Source: Hydrolagus colliei
Taxonomy: Eukaryota
Assembly (NCBI GenBank): GCA_035084275.1
Contig: CM068755.1
Span: 6,138,001 to 6,202,000, forward strand
Length of the DNA stretch: 64,000 nt
Direction: 5' to 3'
Below the pieces are notes generated by a model. That model was not told the origin of the DNA. It saw nothing but the letters and a program-made list of their open reading frames with translations, and made no database searches. The position numbers and the translations under genes are program-made. Position 1 is the first letter of the stretch. Every line of letters starts with the position of its first letter. This document shows positions 1 through 11,767 of the stretch, in pieces.

Positions 1-405
1 CGAAAACACGCTTGGTTTGCATTCAAATTTTGTTGGTATCGTGAAAGGAACTTGCAGGAATACAGCTGTATTACTGGGACAATTTCTAGTAGGCAGATGC
101 TACTTTGAACTGGCAAGCAAACGAGTCAGAATGCATCTGGGCTCCGTCACAATACATCTCATCTGGTGCTGCGGGGAGCCGTTTGGTTTCCAGACAGCTC
201 TGCATTGGCATCGCTTTAATTTCCTAGGTTCATGATTAATGTACTTCAGGACTTAGTTAATAAGTGGAAATGCTTCGATGCTGCCCGTCATCACCCCCAA
301 GTCCCATTGTGAGTAGATCTGGAGATCACCTGCAAATGTCACCATTCCCAGGAGATCTCCCAAGATTTGGTGGAAGGTGATCACATTTATTCCACGCACA
401 ATTTG

Positions 406-623
406 TCCACGCCTAATAATAATCCGTCCCAAAAAAACACAATAATAAAATTGGTCATTTCAATCCACGACTGTTTGTGGGACACTGCTGTGTGCAATTG
501 GCTGCCGTGATTCACCCACAAATATACAGTCAATTCACTTTACAGTATATTCTGTGAAGCGCTTTGGGACATCGATAAGATGTGAAAAGCGCTATATCAA
601 ATGCAAGGATTATTATTATTATT
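406..623 (+). mobile_element. tRNA-derived SINE, 5'-truncated copy
   Basis: Matches the body and tail of the copy at 3292-3580 (aattggctgcc...tacagtcaattcactttacagtatattctgtgaagcgc...atcaaatgcaaggattattatt). Confidence 0.85.
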
Positions 624-1249
624 CCGGTAGAGTAGGCTCAACTGTGCCATCCCTCTGGGGAAGATGGGCGTTGAGGGGATAATTGTGTCCAACGAGATGT
701 TTGCTGAAAGCTGCTTTGAAATCCAAAGCCAGGTATCAAATGTCCCATCAAAAGTGCAACAAACTGATCAGCCAGATCAAGATCAGCCACACAAAACGTG
801 CTTTCTCAGTTGGCCTGATTGCTTTATCTGCAACTGTCTGTTCCTCAATGCTTCATCTAGTTCAGTGCTGCTTCGTTTGAGTCAGTAAGACTTTGAAGGC
901 TGACAATTTGTCCAAGTTTTCCATTCAAAACAGGGTTGTGGTTCAACAATGTGGAGACTTTCTGTGTCCTGCATTGATATTTGTACATCTGGCCTAGCAA
1001 ACTGGATGCAGCTATATTGGTGAATTCAGATACTCAGACACTCAAGCTGTCTAGAGTTAATCCACATCTAGAAAGAACTGCAAACGGTTCTGGTTGCTGT
1101 AACATATCATATCCTGGAAAGGCACAGAAGCTAAAGAAAGATGGAATACAGTTTGGCTCTGACAACGAGTTCGACATTCTCACCATCCTCTACGCAAAGC
1201 AGTTCCTCCTAAACTGTGTTTTAGATCTACTGGTACTTAGAATGATCCA

Positions 1250-1640
1250 ACTTGGGACCAGGCCATTTGGTCATACTAGTCCATGCCAGGATAGCTATTA
1301 GCTATCTTGTATTTAATCCCCACTTTGGATTCATCAAAAGTGGAAATATTCCATCAGCATCAATCTTATTAAATCTTTTCGTAATCCTAAACTATCAAGC
1401 CCTTCTCATCTCTAGCGAGAAAAATTCCAACCTGTCCAATTTTTCTCATTTGCATCTATGCAATCCTGGTAACCACCTTGTAAATCTATTATTCTCCAGT
1501 GTTACAATAGTTTGTTGACCAGAACTGTACATAGTACAGTACTTTACTCCAAAATGTGGTCTAATCAAGGTTTGATATAGATTGAATATCACTTTTGATT
1601 TTTTATACTTGTCACTCTGGACACAAAGCCAATCCTATAT
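1250..1640 (-). mobile_element. CR1-type LINE 3' fragment, degraded
   Basis: Resembles the reverse complement of the CR1 ORF2 end (ccttgtaaatct...ccagaactgtaca...tactccaaaatgtggtctaatcaagg); recognised by eye. Confidence 0.6.
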
Positions 1641-3291
1641 ATAAATGTTGTAAGTACTTTATTCCCTTTGGTGGAGGAGGAGCCGTGTTATCATGAAGAC
1701 ATCAATGAGGCATGTGTTCAATGACTTGTTCTGAGGCCGAGACCATTTTATATCACTGATATCTTCTTAGATATACAGCCTGATGATGATGTAATTCCAG
1801 CTTCTTCCCAAAAACTGCCAGTGAGGAGTTGGCTGTCGGTTTGCTTTTGCTGTTCCATTCACTCTGTACCACAAAAATGTCATCTTATGATTCATGAGGG
1901 GGCTGACGCCGCTTAAAGCTGCTACTTAGTTGTTTGGGGGGGATGTGGGTGGAAAGCGAATGAACTTTTTTTTTAAAAAATGAGGTTCAGTTTCTAATCA
2001 CTTTTGAACAGCTTTTATTTTGTAATAATCCTTCCACTTGATTTAACACCCAAAATGTTGAAATATCTCAAAGGATCTTTTTACAGGGAATTGCTGTCAA
2101 GTGCAGTGAATGTATTTGTTGACCACCATTATCCGCCAACTTGTGCGCAGCAAAGCCCAACACAACATCGTCCATGAAGTGATCAGTTTATCTGGAGGAC
2201 TGTTGGCTTCTCTGTGTTGTGGGAACCACAATGTCTCCGGGAGAGACTTTTGTGGATACAGGAAGGGGAAGGATCTGGTCTGTAGAACCTGAGCCTGAGG
2301 AAAGACGGCTGTTGCTTATGATGCTCAGCTGCAGTTGATTTGCAACGATCCTGTGTTTATAATTCCTGCTCAAGCTGAGCAGTGCTGCACAAACAGTGGG
2401 GAGGGGGGAGTGGCGGTTGCCTGGTCCGCCCACCCACCAACAAAAAGGCTTTGATCCTGTTGCTGACATTATTTGCTGCTTGAAGGAGCAAAGGAATGTT
2501 TGAGGCACTCGGGAGGGGGCTTTGAAATAGGGAACCCTGGATAGGGAGCAGGGGATGGCAGGAACGATTTCTATCACACGACTGGCTGTGTTGAGTTCTG
2601 TTCAAGGCAGGAGAGTTGTGAACAAAAGAGGAGGATGTAGGTGAGGTGGGGAAGCGGGAGGCAGAGCAGATTTGAGTGGAGGAGGGTGATCTGATGTGAA
2701 GGAGCGATTGGATGCCTGGTGCAGTGAGTGGAAAATCACAATCGGTGATGGATGGTTGCTGCTGCAGTACATGTTGTTTGGAGTGGGACTGCTCCGTAAA
2801 ACAACATATCGTGCTCCGACACCAACCTGTGATCACAGCTGTTGGGATTCTCCTCTGTCTATCCCTGCACTTTATGTGTGTGTGTGTGTCTCCACGTATG
2901 TGTTTGAGATCCAGCTGAGTAATTTTCCATAAAGGAGTTTACTGTTGCAGGTCTCGTGTTCCTGCATTCTTACCCAAATTAATGTAGGACTAACTCATGA
3001 AGGCGAAAGGTTACTTTTTATTTGGGAATGCATTTGTTGTTTTGTACGGGTCTACAATGATGGTGAGTACAGTGTAGTTGTGGATGCAATGGAAGCAGGA
3101 GATTAAATAGAAGTCTTGTTAGTGACTATACAATAATTACTGATTTTTGGGGGGCCTGCTCAGACCTTTCCTCAGGCTACCTGCTCAACATTTAAAAAAA
3201 TATATATATTCTATATATATAGATATATATACACACACAAAACACACATACTCTGAAATACATGAGTGCAAGGAGCAGTATTGTGGGGTTC

Positions 3292-3580
3292 GTGGAGTCC
3301 TGTAGCTCAGTAGTTAGAGCGCTCGCCTCGCAAGAGAGAGACCTGGGTTTGATTCCCGGCAGGGCTAAACGTTGGGCAAGTTCCCTTACTCCACATGCCT
3401 GGTAATAATAATAAAATTGGTTGCCTCAATCCACGACTGTTTGTAGGATACTGCTCTGTGAAATTGGCTGTTACGTTTCACCCAGAAATACAGTCAATTC
3501 ACTTTACAGTATATTCTGTGAAGCACTTTGAGACATCTAGAAAATGTGAAAAGCCCTATATCAAATGCAAGGATTATTAT
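3292..3580 (+). mobile_element. Full-length tRNA-derived SINE with L2-type tail
   Basis: A-box-like TAGCTCAGTAG, B-box-like GGTTTGATTCCC, shared body and (ATT)n tail; many copies in the window. Confidence 0.88.
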
Positions 3581-6500
3581 CATTCTATCGAAAAGGGAGG
3601 AGGTCTGCATTGCAGTTTGTTTGCATAGAGAGCTGGAGCTCCAGTCCCTGCTCAGAACCCACTCATTGATTCAGCATCAGATCTGTTTTCTTTGGAAACA
3701 TAGATGTCTCTGTTCAGCGTTGCCAAGAGCTACAGACTGGGAGTTTATAGCTTGGGCACACAGGCCTCTTGTGTGTGTGCCTGTGTACATGAGCATGTGA
3801 TATCCCTTATGAAATACTCATTTAGAACTTGTGTGGAAAACTATCTTTTGAGATCTATCAAATGTTGGGCAGCAGTTAAACTGTAAAGTAATATTTAATT
3901 GAAATTGGCTATTGCCAGTGACCCTCTGTGCCTCAGGAAGGCGGAGGAGTAAACTAGCACACCCCTCTATGCTTTACTCAAGTTAAAGAGCAGCCATTTT
4001 ATGTACCAGAAAATAGTGAGTTGGTGGGGTGGGGGGGAGGTGGTCTGAAGCTGCTAAATGTGAATGTGAAACCGATGGAGGGGCAGGCTGGGCTCTTTGA
4101 ACCAATATACAGCATTTTAGAGTTCCAGAAATCTGGCAACGACCCAGATGTGATTTATCTTTAGGTCTCTACATCAGTTCAGCTCTTTGTGGCCATTAAT
4201 TTATTTGTAATAGCTTTGGAATGAGTAAAAACCCGAAATTTGGCAGCGAGAAACAACCTAGTTGCTTTTAACTGCTCAACGTTTAAGCTTTTGGAATTTT
4301 CAGTTAAATTTCATGGCGCTTAATTTGGGTTATACTCCTCTTGAGAAGGTTTGGAATCTCCAGTGGAGATTGTGAAGTGTCGCAGGGAACGCAAACCAGG
4401 CCTGCTCTGGTGTTTGGGTATGAATCTGGGGTAATGTTTCAGTCCACGCAGCTAGAACAAAGATTGATTTTCTTTCATTGTGCTGCACCGATCCAGTTTA
4501 ACACGTGCATGTTCAGGATAATTTCTTTTTATTGAAGCTACAATATGTGCCCTTGGCTGAGGGAGCTTTGCACGTGAAGAATATTTTTAGCATGTCTGGC
4601 TTCCCCGATTATTTTTCAGTTTGTGCGGTTAACTCGTATAGACTTGGCGTATATTGGCACTGTTGCGGTGCTGTATGTTCTGCATAATTTTATTCATCCT
4701 AAAATGAAGAACATTAATATTTGGATTTGGTACTGGAACCTGTGTTCATCAGACTTAACGTGCAACAGCATGGCGGTCCTGTTAGGTTAGCAGGTAGAGA
4801 TCACTTGCTGTGTGACTGCAGAGTTTCTATGTATTATTCATCAATGTGAGGGCTTATTCACTGTGTAAATGCAGAGCTGTTTATTCTACACAGAGAGGGT
4901 TACTTTGCTGCTGACTATCGAATTGGTGTTATTTGGTAGGGTGAGGGTTACGTGCTGTGTAGCTGTGTGGGTAGCTTAGTGGTGCGGGGGAAGAGGACAT
5001 GCAGGGTGTGTGAAACGATTGGCGAGGATGGCTGTGAGGTATGTATGACATGAGAATATCGTGCAACATTTCCAACATGGACAGGGGCACCTTGCTGTTG
5101 GAGAGTGACACCTGTGGTAATATAAACACTGAGCATGTGCCACGCAGTTGAGATCGGGGCTATCCAAATACTCGGCAGTGTTCTGGGGCAGTCTAAACCT
5201 ATACTGAATTACACCGGTGATTCTTAACCACACAGTCCCTGATGAATATGTGGAAAACAAGGTTTGACGTTACTGAGTTTGTTGGTTTGGGATTTGTGTT
5301 CTTGGAAACTGGCTTGTTGCTGGGTGTCCTTTACAAGCTGCTCTTTTGGAAAATTTCATTTTACGTTTGTAACATTTTAAAGGGATCCAATTTCCTCTGA
5401 GCGGTGATGGGCACTTCCTGGGTCACTGCTTGCTTCCTGTCATATTATTAGCATGGTAAGGAGGGTTGGAGGGGTTATTACTGCATGTGTTGTACTTGAA
5501 GGAGTGGGTGTGTGAGTGAGAGAGAGAGAGTGAGGGGGCTCTGCAGGCTCCGTTACTGGGAAGGTTGATAGCTGTGCACATTGCCCTTTATACTCTAGCT
5601 ACAAGACAGAGTAGACAATGTAACTCAAGAGAATCCTCTATTCATTTGGCACGTTATATAGTTTGTACTGTTGGCTGGGAATGTTTGCGTGTCTGAAAAT
5701 AATCTTCAGTTCCGTATCTGGCCACTTGATTCTCCTTCAGTGGGTGTTTTGTGCAGTTAATTGGTGCAAACTTGGCATATTATTAGTTGTTCAGAGTACT
5801 TTTTGCTACTTCCTATTCATTTACCATCCGTGGACATGAGTGAATGTATATGTCTGAGATTATTTTTTCCCCTTTTCAATTTCTCTTTCCCAGAGGCAAA
5901 GATTGCAGCAATAAAAACCTTGGCCAATTTTAACCAATTTTCCTCTTCACTGGTGTTACCCAGGCGAGATAGCAGGACAGAACGTTGAATCAGTCGGCTC
6001 TGGAAGCAATTATGAATGTAGAATGGGCGTTTTTACCGATTCCACATCCGGGCAAATCTACACTCAAATGAGCTGGATCTCCAGTTGTCTCCACAAGCTG
6101 GTGACCCAATTGACAAAGAACGATGGGAGATCTGGAACGATTCGGCTCGGTGGTGTGGTGTTCTATGTCTCTGCAGACAACTTAGCATCACACTACCAAC
6201 AGTGATTTTGCTTTGTGCTTTCGTGCAAATTGCCAGTTTTCCTGCTATTTCAATTGTGGGACAAAGCGAGGAGCAGAATAGTCTGCTTTTCAGATTAGGG
6301 ATTTTGAGGTAACTTGGCCCCTGGGATTTTTTTTTGTGATTCTTCTATAGTATTTCTCAAAAATTACAAAAAAAAATTCTAATGACAGTTTACACATCAA
6401 TGTAATATTTAAACACATGCAAATTATAATTTGACACGGGCGGTTTCTGTAGTTCTCAACTAGTTGGGGAGTCCAGAGACCCAGCATCAAAGCTGTACAC

Positions 6501-7810
6501 ATTGGGAAATAGCTTTACTATTTTGTCTGATACTGCTAAGCGATAATTGACAAATCAGATTTAATTATGTCGAATTCCATTCAGTCCTTCAAGAGTCTGC
6601 CTGCCGGTCTGTCTATATGTCTCTGACTGTGATTCGCTCTCTTTTTGTGTGTACATGTGTGAGAGTTTTTTTTCTTTTTCTGTCCCTGTGTGTGTGTGTC
6701 TCCTCTCTCCGTGTGTCTCTCTGCTGTATTGTAAGATACTGAGCAGTAGACTGTGCCCTATGAAAGCCACCTGTTCTGCAATTTACTGCCCTCCCGAGGG
6801 CTGGCACCCACTGTTCGGCCTGGAATGAATAGGAGTCGGTGGCCTTGTTGCTCTCCTGGCTTCTGGGATGATAGATTCCCAGCTGACGAATGTAGAGAAT
6901 CCAATGTGGTAACCTAGTAACTGCATCCATTAATGACCTGATGGGTGCTAACCTTTGCCCCGGTATCCTGGGAATAGCCGACGTTCCTGAGCTGATAGCC
7001 GGCATGTTGTCTTTAATGTCAGGCAGGAAAGCAGTTCGTTGATGTAACCCCTGTAGACCCTGAACTCTGCCCTTTCAACTGAGGCTGGGCACTTTGTAAC
7101 ATGAGAATGACTAGCGTGAAGCTCATCGGGGTGCTAATGAGGGAGCAGCACAACTGGTTGCATTTTGAACATTTCTTTGTTTCTTTTTTTAATAAAAGTG
7201 AATGATTACATCACTGGATATACAATTGTGCAATGAATGTACAGTGTGGTAACCTGTGTACAGCTATAGCTACTTGGATAATATCTGTATTTTCACTGAG
7301 AGTTCGGCTCCCTGACAGATGTCTTTTGTTGTTTTCTTGTAGCCAATTCCCAGTGATGGTATTGGAATGTGGTGGAAAGGGACGCTGTGTTTAGCAAGCC
7401 GGGCGCCAATTTGTGTGGACTGATAGTCACGGTGCTTAGGTACCAAAGAGTTTCCGTGAGCGGAATATCCTTCCTTTTCAAAGTAGGCTATGTGCCTTTT
7501 CAACACTGCTCTTGTTGTGTCAGTGCACTCCGCTGAATTCTTTCTTTTCCTTCTCCACCCTCGCAAACCCTTGGGACCGTGAAATAAGACTTCTCACAGA
7601 GTTACAGCCTGCCTGCTTTTTACATTGAGAAAGCAACATAGCTTCAGTGCAGGACTCTAGAACAAAGGATAAGAGATGGTAAAGTCGTCAGGGGTATAAA
7701 AGCCTCACCGTTGTTGGAGGAAGGAGAAGACTTGAGTGTAAAAAAGAGACCGTTGAGTTGGGCCCAAATAATTTTTTCATAAAATACTAACTCACTAACT
7801 AAGCCATCAA

Positions 7811-8170
7811 TAATAATAATCCTTATATTTCATATAGGGATTTATCAATTTTTTTGAGGCGTCTCAAAGCGCTTCATAGTGAATATACTGCAAAGTAAAT
7901 TTACTGTATAGTTTGCGAAACGTGGTAGCCAATTGTACACAGCAGTGTTCCACAAACAATCGTGGATTAAAGTGACTAATTTATTATTTTTTAATAAAAA
8001 TGTTTTGAAGGAATTATTAGCCCCAGAAAGCGATTCACCAATTGACCAACAACCAGATTCCTACATACTGCTAAGTAAACTTGCTAAGTAAACATTTCAC
8101 CCTGCCAGGAATCGAACCCATATTTCTCACATGCAGTGAGTGCTCTAACCACTGAGCTACAAGACTCCAA
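7811..8170 (-). mobile_element. tRNA-derived SINE, near full length, reverse orientation
   Basis: Starts taataataatcctt (reverse tail) and ends ggaatcgaaccc...ctctaaccactgagctacaagactcca (reverse tRNA head). Confidence 0.85.
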
Positions 8171-8575
8171 TTTGAATTATTTCACAAATAACTATTATTA
8201 TCTTTCATTTGTTGACATAATCTGCCTCCCAACACCTCTGGGCGGTTTGTTCTAAATGTGTATTCACCCATCTGTGTAAAGTAATTACAGTAAATATGAC
8301 TCCTCTTCTGAGCTGAGTCTATGCCTCATTGTTTTTGATATATTGACCATGTTAAACAAGTAGTAGAGTTTAATGTGGTAATTTGTGTCTATAAATTTAG
8401 ACCCCATGTTAGTCACGCCAAAACAAAAGTCTGCTATCGGATTTCCTGGGTCCGATCACTGCTGAAGATACTTTCTGCACACTGTTCAGGAGGCTAATAA
8501 CAGTTCTTTTGAGCATTTGCAATGCTTGTTGGGGCAGCCTGAGCCACCGTGAGGCCCTTTGAGCCTGTACAATAT

Positions 8576-8895
8576 GTGTGGACTCCTGTAGCTCAGTGGT
8601 TAGAGCACTCGCTTTACAAGCGTGAGACCTGTGTTCGAATCCAGGCAGATTAGGGCAAAACCTTGGGCAAGTTTCCTTACTCCACACACCTAATGATAAT
8701 CCCTCCAAGAAAAAAAACAAGAATAAAAACTGGTCATTTCAATCCGCGACTATTTGTGGGACACTGCTATGCGCAATTGGCTGCTGTGTTTCGCCCACAA
8801 ATGTAGTCAAATTCACTTTACAGTATATACTGTGAAGCGCTTTGAGATGGCAGGAAGACATGAAAAGCACTATATCAAATTCAAGGATTATTATT
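8576..8895 (+). mobile_element. Full-length tRNA-derived SINE
   Basis: TAGCTCAGTGG A box, GTTCGAATCC B box, same body and tail as 3292-3580. Confidence 0.88.
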
Positions 8896-9914
8896 AAAAA
8901 CCAAGAAATCATTGCTAGAAACTACCTCCAATTTACTGTGGTTCTCTATAACAAACTGTTGTAGTACAGTCATTCTATATTGAGGTTTGGTTTATCTTTT
9001 AAGATCTTTTAAAACTTCAGCAAGATGTCTGAGCTTTTTCTCCCTGACTTTTGTAGCTTTTCCTCATAACTCACATGCCTAATTCTAACAATCCATTGCT
9101 CTTTCATGTACTCCCCATTGTTAATGTGTCCTCATTGCCATATTGGGACCTGAATTGGTAATTGTATGCCAAGTGGGATTGAACCAGTGACAAGTTCAGT
9201 ATCACAAGCGGTATCAGATCAGTGTGTGTGTTGGGGGGAGGGGGGGGGGGGTATGTGGATCAAGTGTGTGTTCACCATCTTGTGAACACACACTTGATGT
9301 GTGTTCACACACACGTATGTGTGTGCACATGCGTGTGTGTGTGTGTGGGGGTTGATGTCTGACAAGATGGCTTTGCTGTCTTGTCAGACATCGAGGGGAA
9401 GGGAAAAACCTCTGGCTCATCTGGATGCTATTCCTAGCTCATCAATGGATATGCGAAACCCCAGATTACATACAGAATACTGGGAGTTGGTGTGGGAGGA
9501 ACGGGTTTGGTTAATTTGTGCAGGTTTCTGTGGTGTGCCGCAGACAGATGAATAATGGATGAATCTGGAGTTGCCCAGGGATGTTCCTGATCTCTGGAGC
9601 TAATTTAACCTCTGGCAAATAGGACTCTGGATGTCAAAGTAAAAGGTTGCTATTTAGATGCTGGACTATTACTCTATCATTACAGTGCTGTGTTCCTTTC
9701 TGTGGGCTCTTGGGTCCATGAGATGAAGCTGTGCTCACTGCCTATCACACCCAAGGACGCTCTTCAATCTTGGAAGTAGGAGGTCGAGAACCCTGGGGCT
9801 AAGGCAGCAAAATTCAGCAATTCACCAACTATAACCGTTTTCCAGTTTCCTCTATGAAATACGCATCCACAGGCACCCAATTCTATCAGGGAAGCTTTTT
9901 GGCTTTGTGAGATT

Positions 9915-10200
9915 TAATAGCATGCTCACCTCTGGAGCAGCAGGATTTGGGTTCAAGCCTCGTGTTGGTACTTGAGCTCACAGCCTAGTCTGACAGCAAC
10001 ACAGTACTGAGGGGAATGCATTGTTGGAGGTGCTATCTTTTCGATGAGATGTTAAACTGAAGATCTGTCTGCCTGTGCAGTAGGATTTTTGAACATCCTC
10101 TTGACACTTGTGGAAAAGAGGAGAGAGTTTCTCCCAATAAACTACAGAAAAAAATTGCTGTGTGCACAATAGCAGAGACGGCTGCCTACAAAAATAATTC
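9915..10200 (+). mobile_element. Older Deu-domain SINE (SacSINE/AmnSINE-like)
   Basis: cagtactgaggggaatgcattgttggaggtgctatcttttcgatgagatgttaaactga resembles the Deu core. Related copies lie near 18860-19200 (+), 22900-23140 (-), 34450-34760 (-), 55690-56030 (-), 56380-56600 (+) and 60830-61050 (+). Confidence 0.7.
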
Positions 10201-11678
10201 TCACATTTAAATGTACTGAGTTGTACCTCTCTTTAACATTGATGTAAATTTTCCGTTTAAAATTCCCTGCTTTCCAATCCATCTGACCCTTCCCCTACCA
10301 TGATAATTGCTGGCTGTGGGCATTGGGTACTTTCGAGCATACCAGAGGGGAAACGGATATTTTTCCAACCTTGTGCTGGATACTGTTGAATAGGGGTTGC
10401 TTTGTTTGGAACATGCAGTTGGTGTGTTCCAGCACCACAGCTTGTGCTAAGATTGGTTATGATTGTTGGTTCTATGTGGGGACTGCTGTGGTTACGGGTA
10501 AACCAGCAGTTGAAGACATGAGGTGCTGTCAGTGTTTAATGGGGCATAAGGTGTGCAGCTAGTGTCTGATTGGATTTCACAGCAAAGTATTGCACATGTA
10601 GAATAAGCGCAATAGCCAGAGTGATTGAAAGGAATAGAAAAATCAGTTCATCTAAAGGTCTAGGTCCCAAATGTATTGATGCATTAAAGAACAAAAATGA
10701 ATCCCGTAACCAGACAGCCAGATGGGAAAGTGTCCCTGCTCACGGGCTGCTTCAGTGCTTTGTTCTGCTGCTCAGAGCCACCAGGAGTGGTGTTGAAAAA
10801 CCTTTATCATGTTCTGTGTCCAAGTTTTCTACATTTAACACATTTCAGTGGCACATTATTCTGTAGCTCAGCTCCAGAGTGTACTGTAATTACAGAAGTG
10901 TAATGTCTTGCATATGTAGCCCCATAAACTTCCTCCCACACACTGAAAGCTGTTGAATGTTGAATAGCTGATTAGGAAAATTTGAAGTTTAGGACAGCGG
11001 TTGCTGGAAGCTATTACCTGGAGTCCAGGTTTGTAAACACACTTGTATATATAGGGCTTGATGTCTATCTTGATTTGTATGCAGAGAGGTAAGCAATTGC
11101 TGCTCAAACTCCCAACCTCCAATTGCTTGAAGCATCACTCAATCGATTGGAATGTGCGTCTGAGCTGATGGCATTGCTTCACATGTTTCATACTGAGCTA
11201 TACTGCTCATCAGGAAGTTTGCAGAGAGTTTCTTTCACTCGTTATTCATGAGAGCTCAAACTCAAGTTGGATGTTAAATGACCAACTATCCTCCTTGGAG
11301 GGGCGGACTTTGGGACATCCACCCAACGTGAACGGCACTTACCAACTTAATTAATTTATTGTTTGTCTGATTCTGTTGCTTTCTGGGTTTTCTATATCTG
11401 CCTCACCTGAAGCCCCAACAGTCGAGACTGGCTTAGCAGTCTCCCGGACAAAGATGGGAATATAATATGCCATTCTTGTCTACATTGACTGCGTATTTAT
11501 ATTGGTTTATTATTCTGGACATAGTTTATTTGAGTAGTTTGCAGACTGGAGATACATTTACACAGCAAATGTGGCTTCACTCCATGGATTATATATTTCT
11601 TAGCACAGGTACTGCATGTGCTGCTATCTATGGTGATCTACAAGAAATGTGCGTTCAGCAGAACTCCTTGAACTTAAT

Positions 11679-11767
11679 AACAACAAAAACAGAAGTTGCT
11701 GGTTAAACTCAGCAGGTCTGGCAGCATCCATGCATCCATTTCCAGCATCTGTAATATTTTGTGTATT
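11679..11767. mobile_element. 89-bp Penelope-like terminal fragment flanked by a 14-bp direct repeat
   Basis: TCCTTGAACTTAAT at 11665-11678 and 11768-11781; the insert caaaaacagaagttgctgg...aaactcagcaggtctggcagcatcc recurs at about 35430-35540. Confidence 0.7.

Noticed and set aside
3300-3365. Possible tRNA genes (also about 8588-8650, 41952-42005 and 55210-55265)
   Set aside because: These are SINE heads: the cloverleaf is degenerate and each runs into SINE body or tail sequence.
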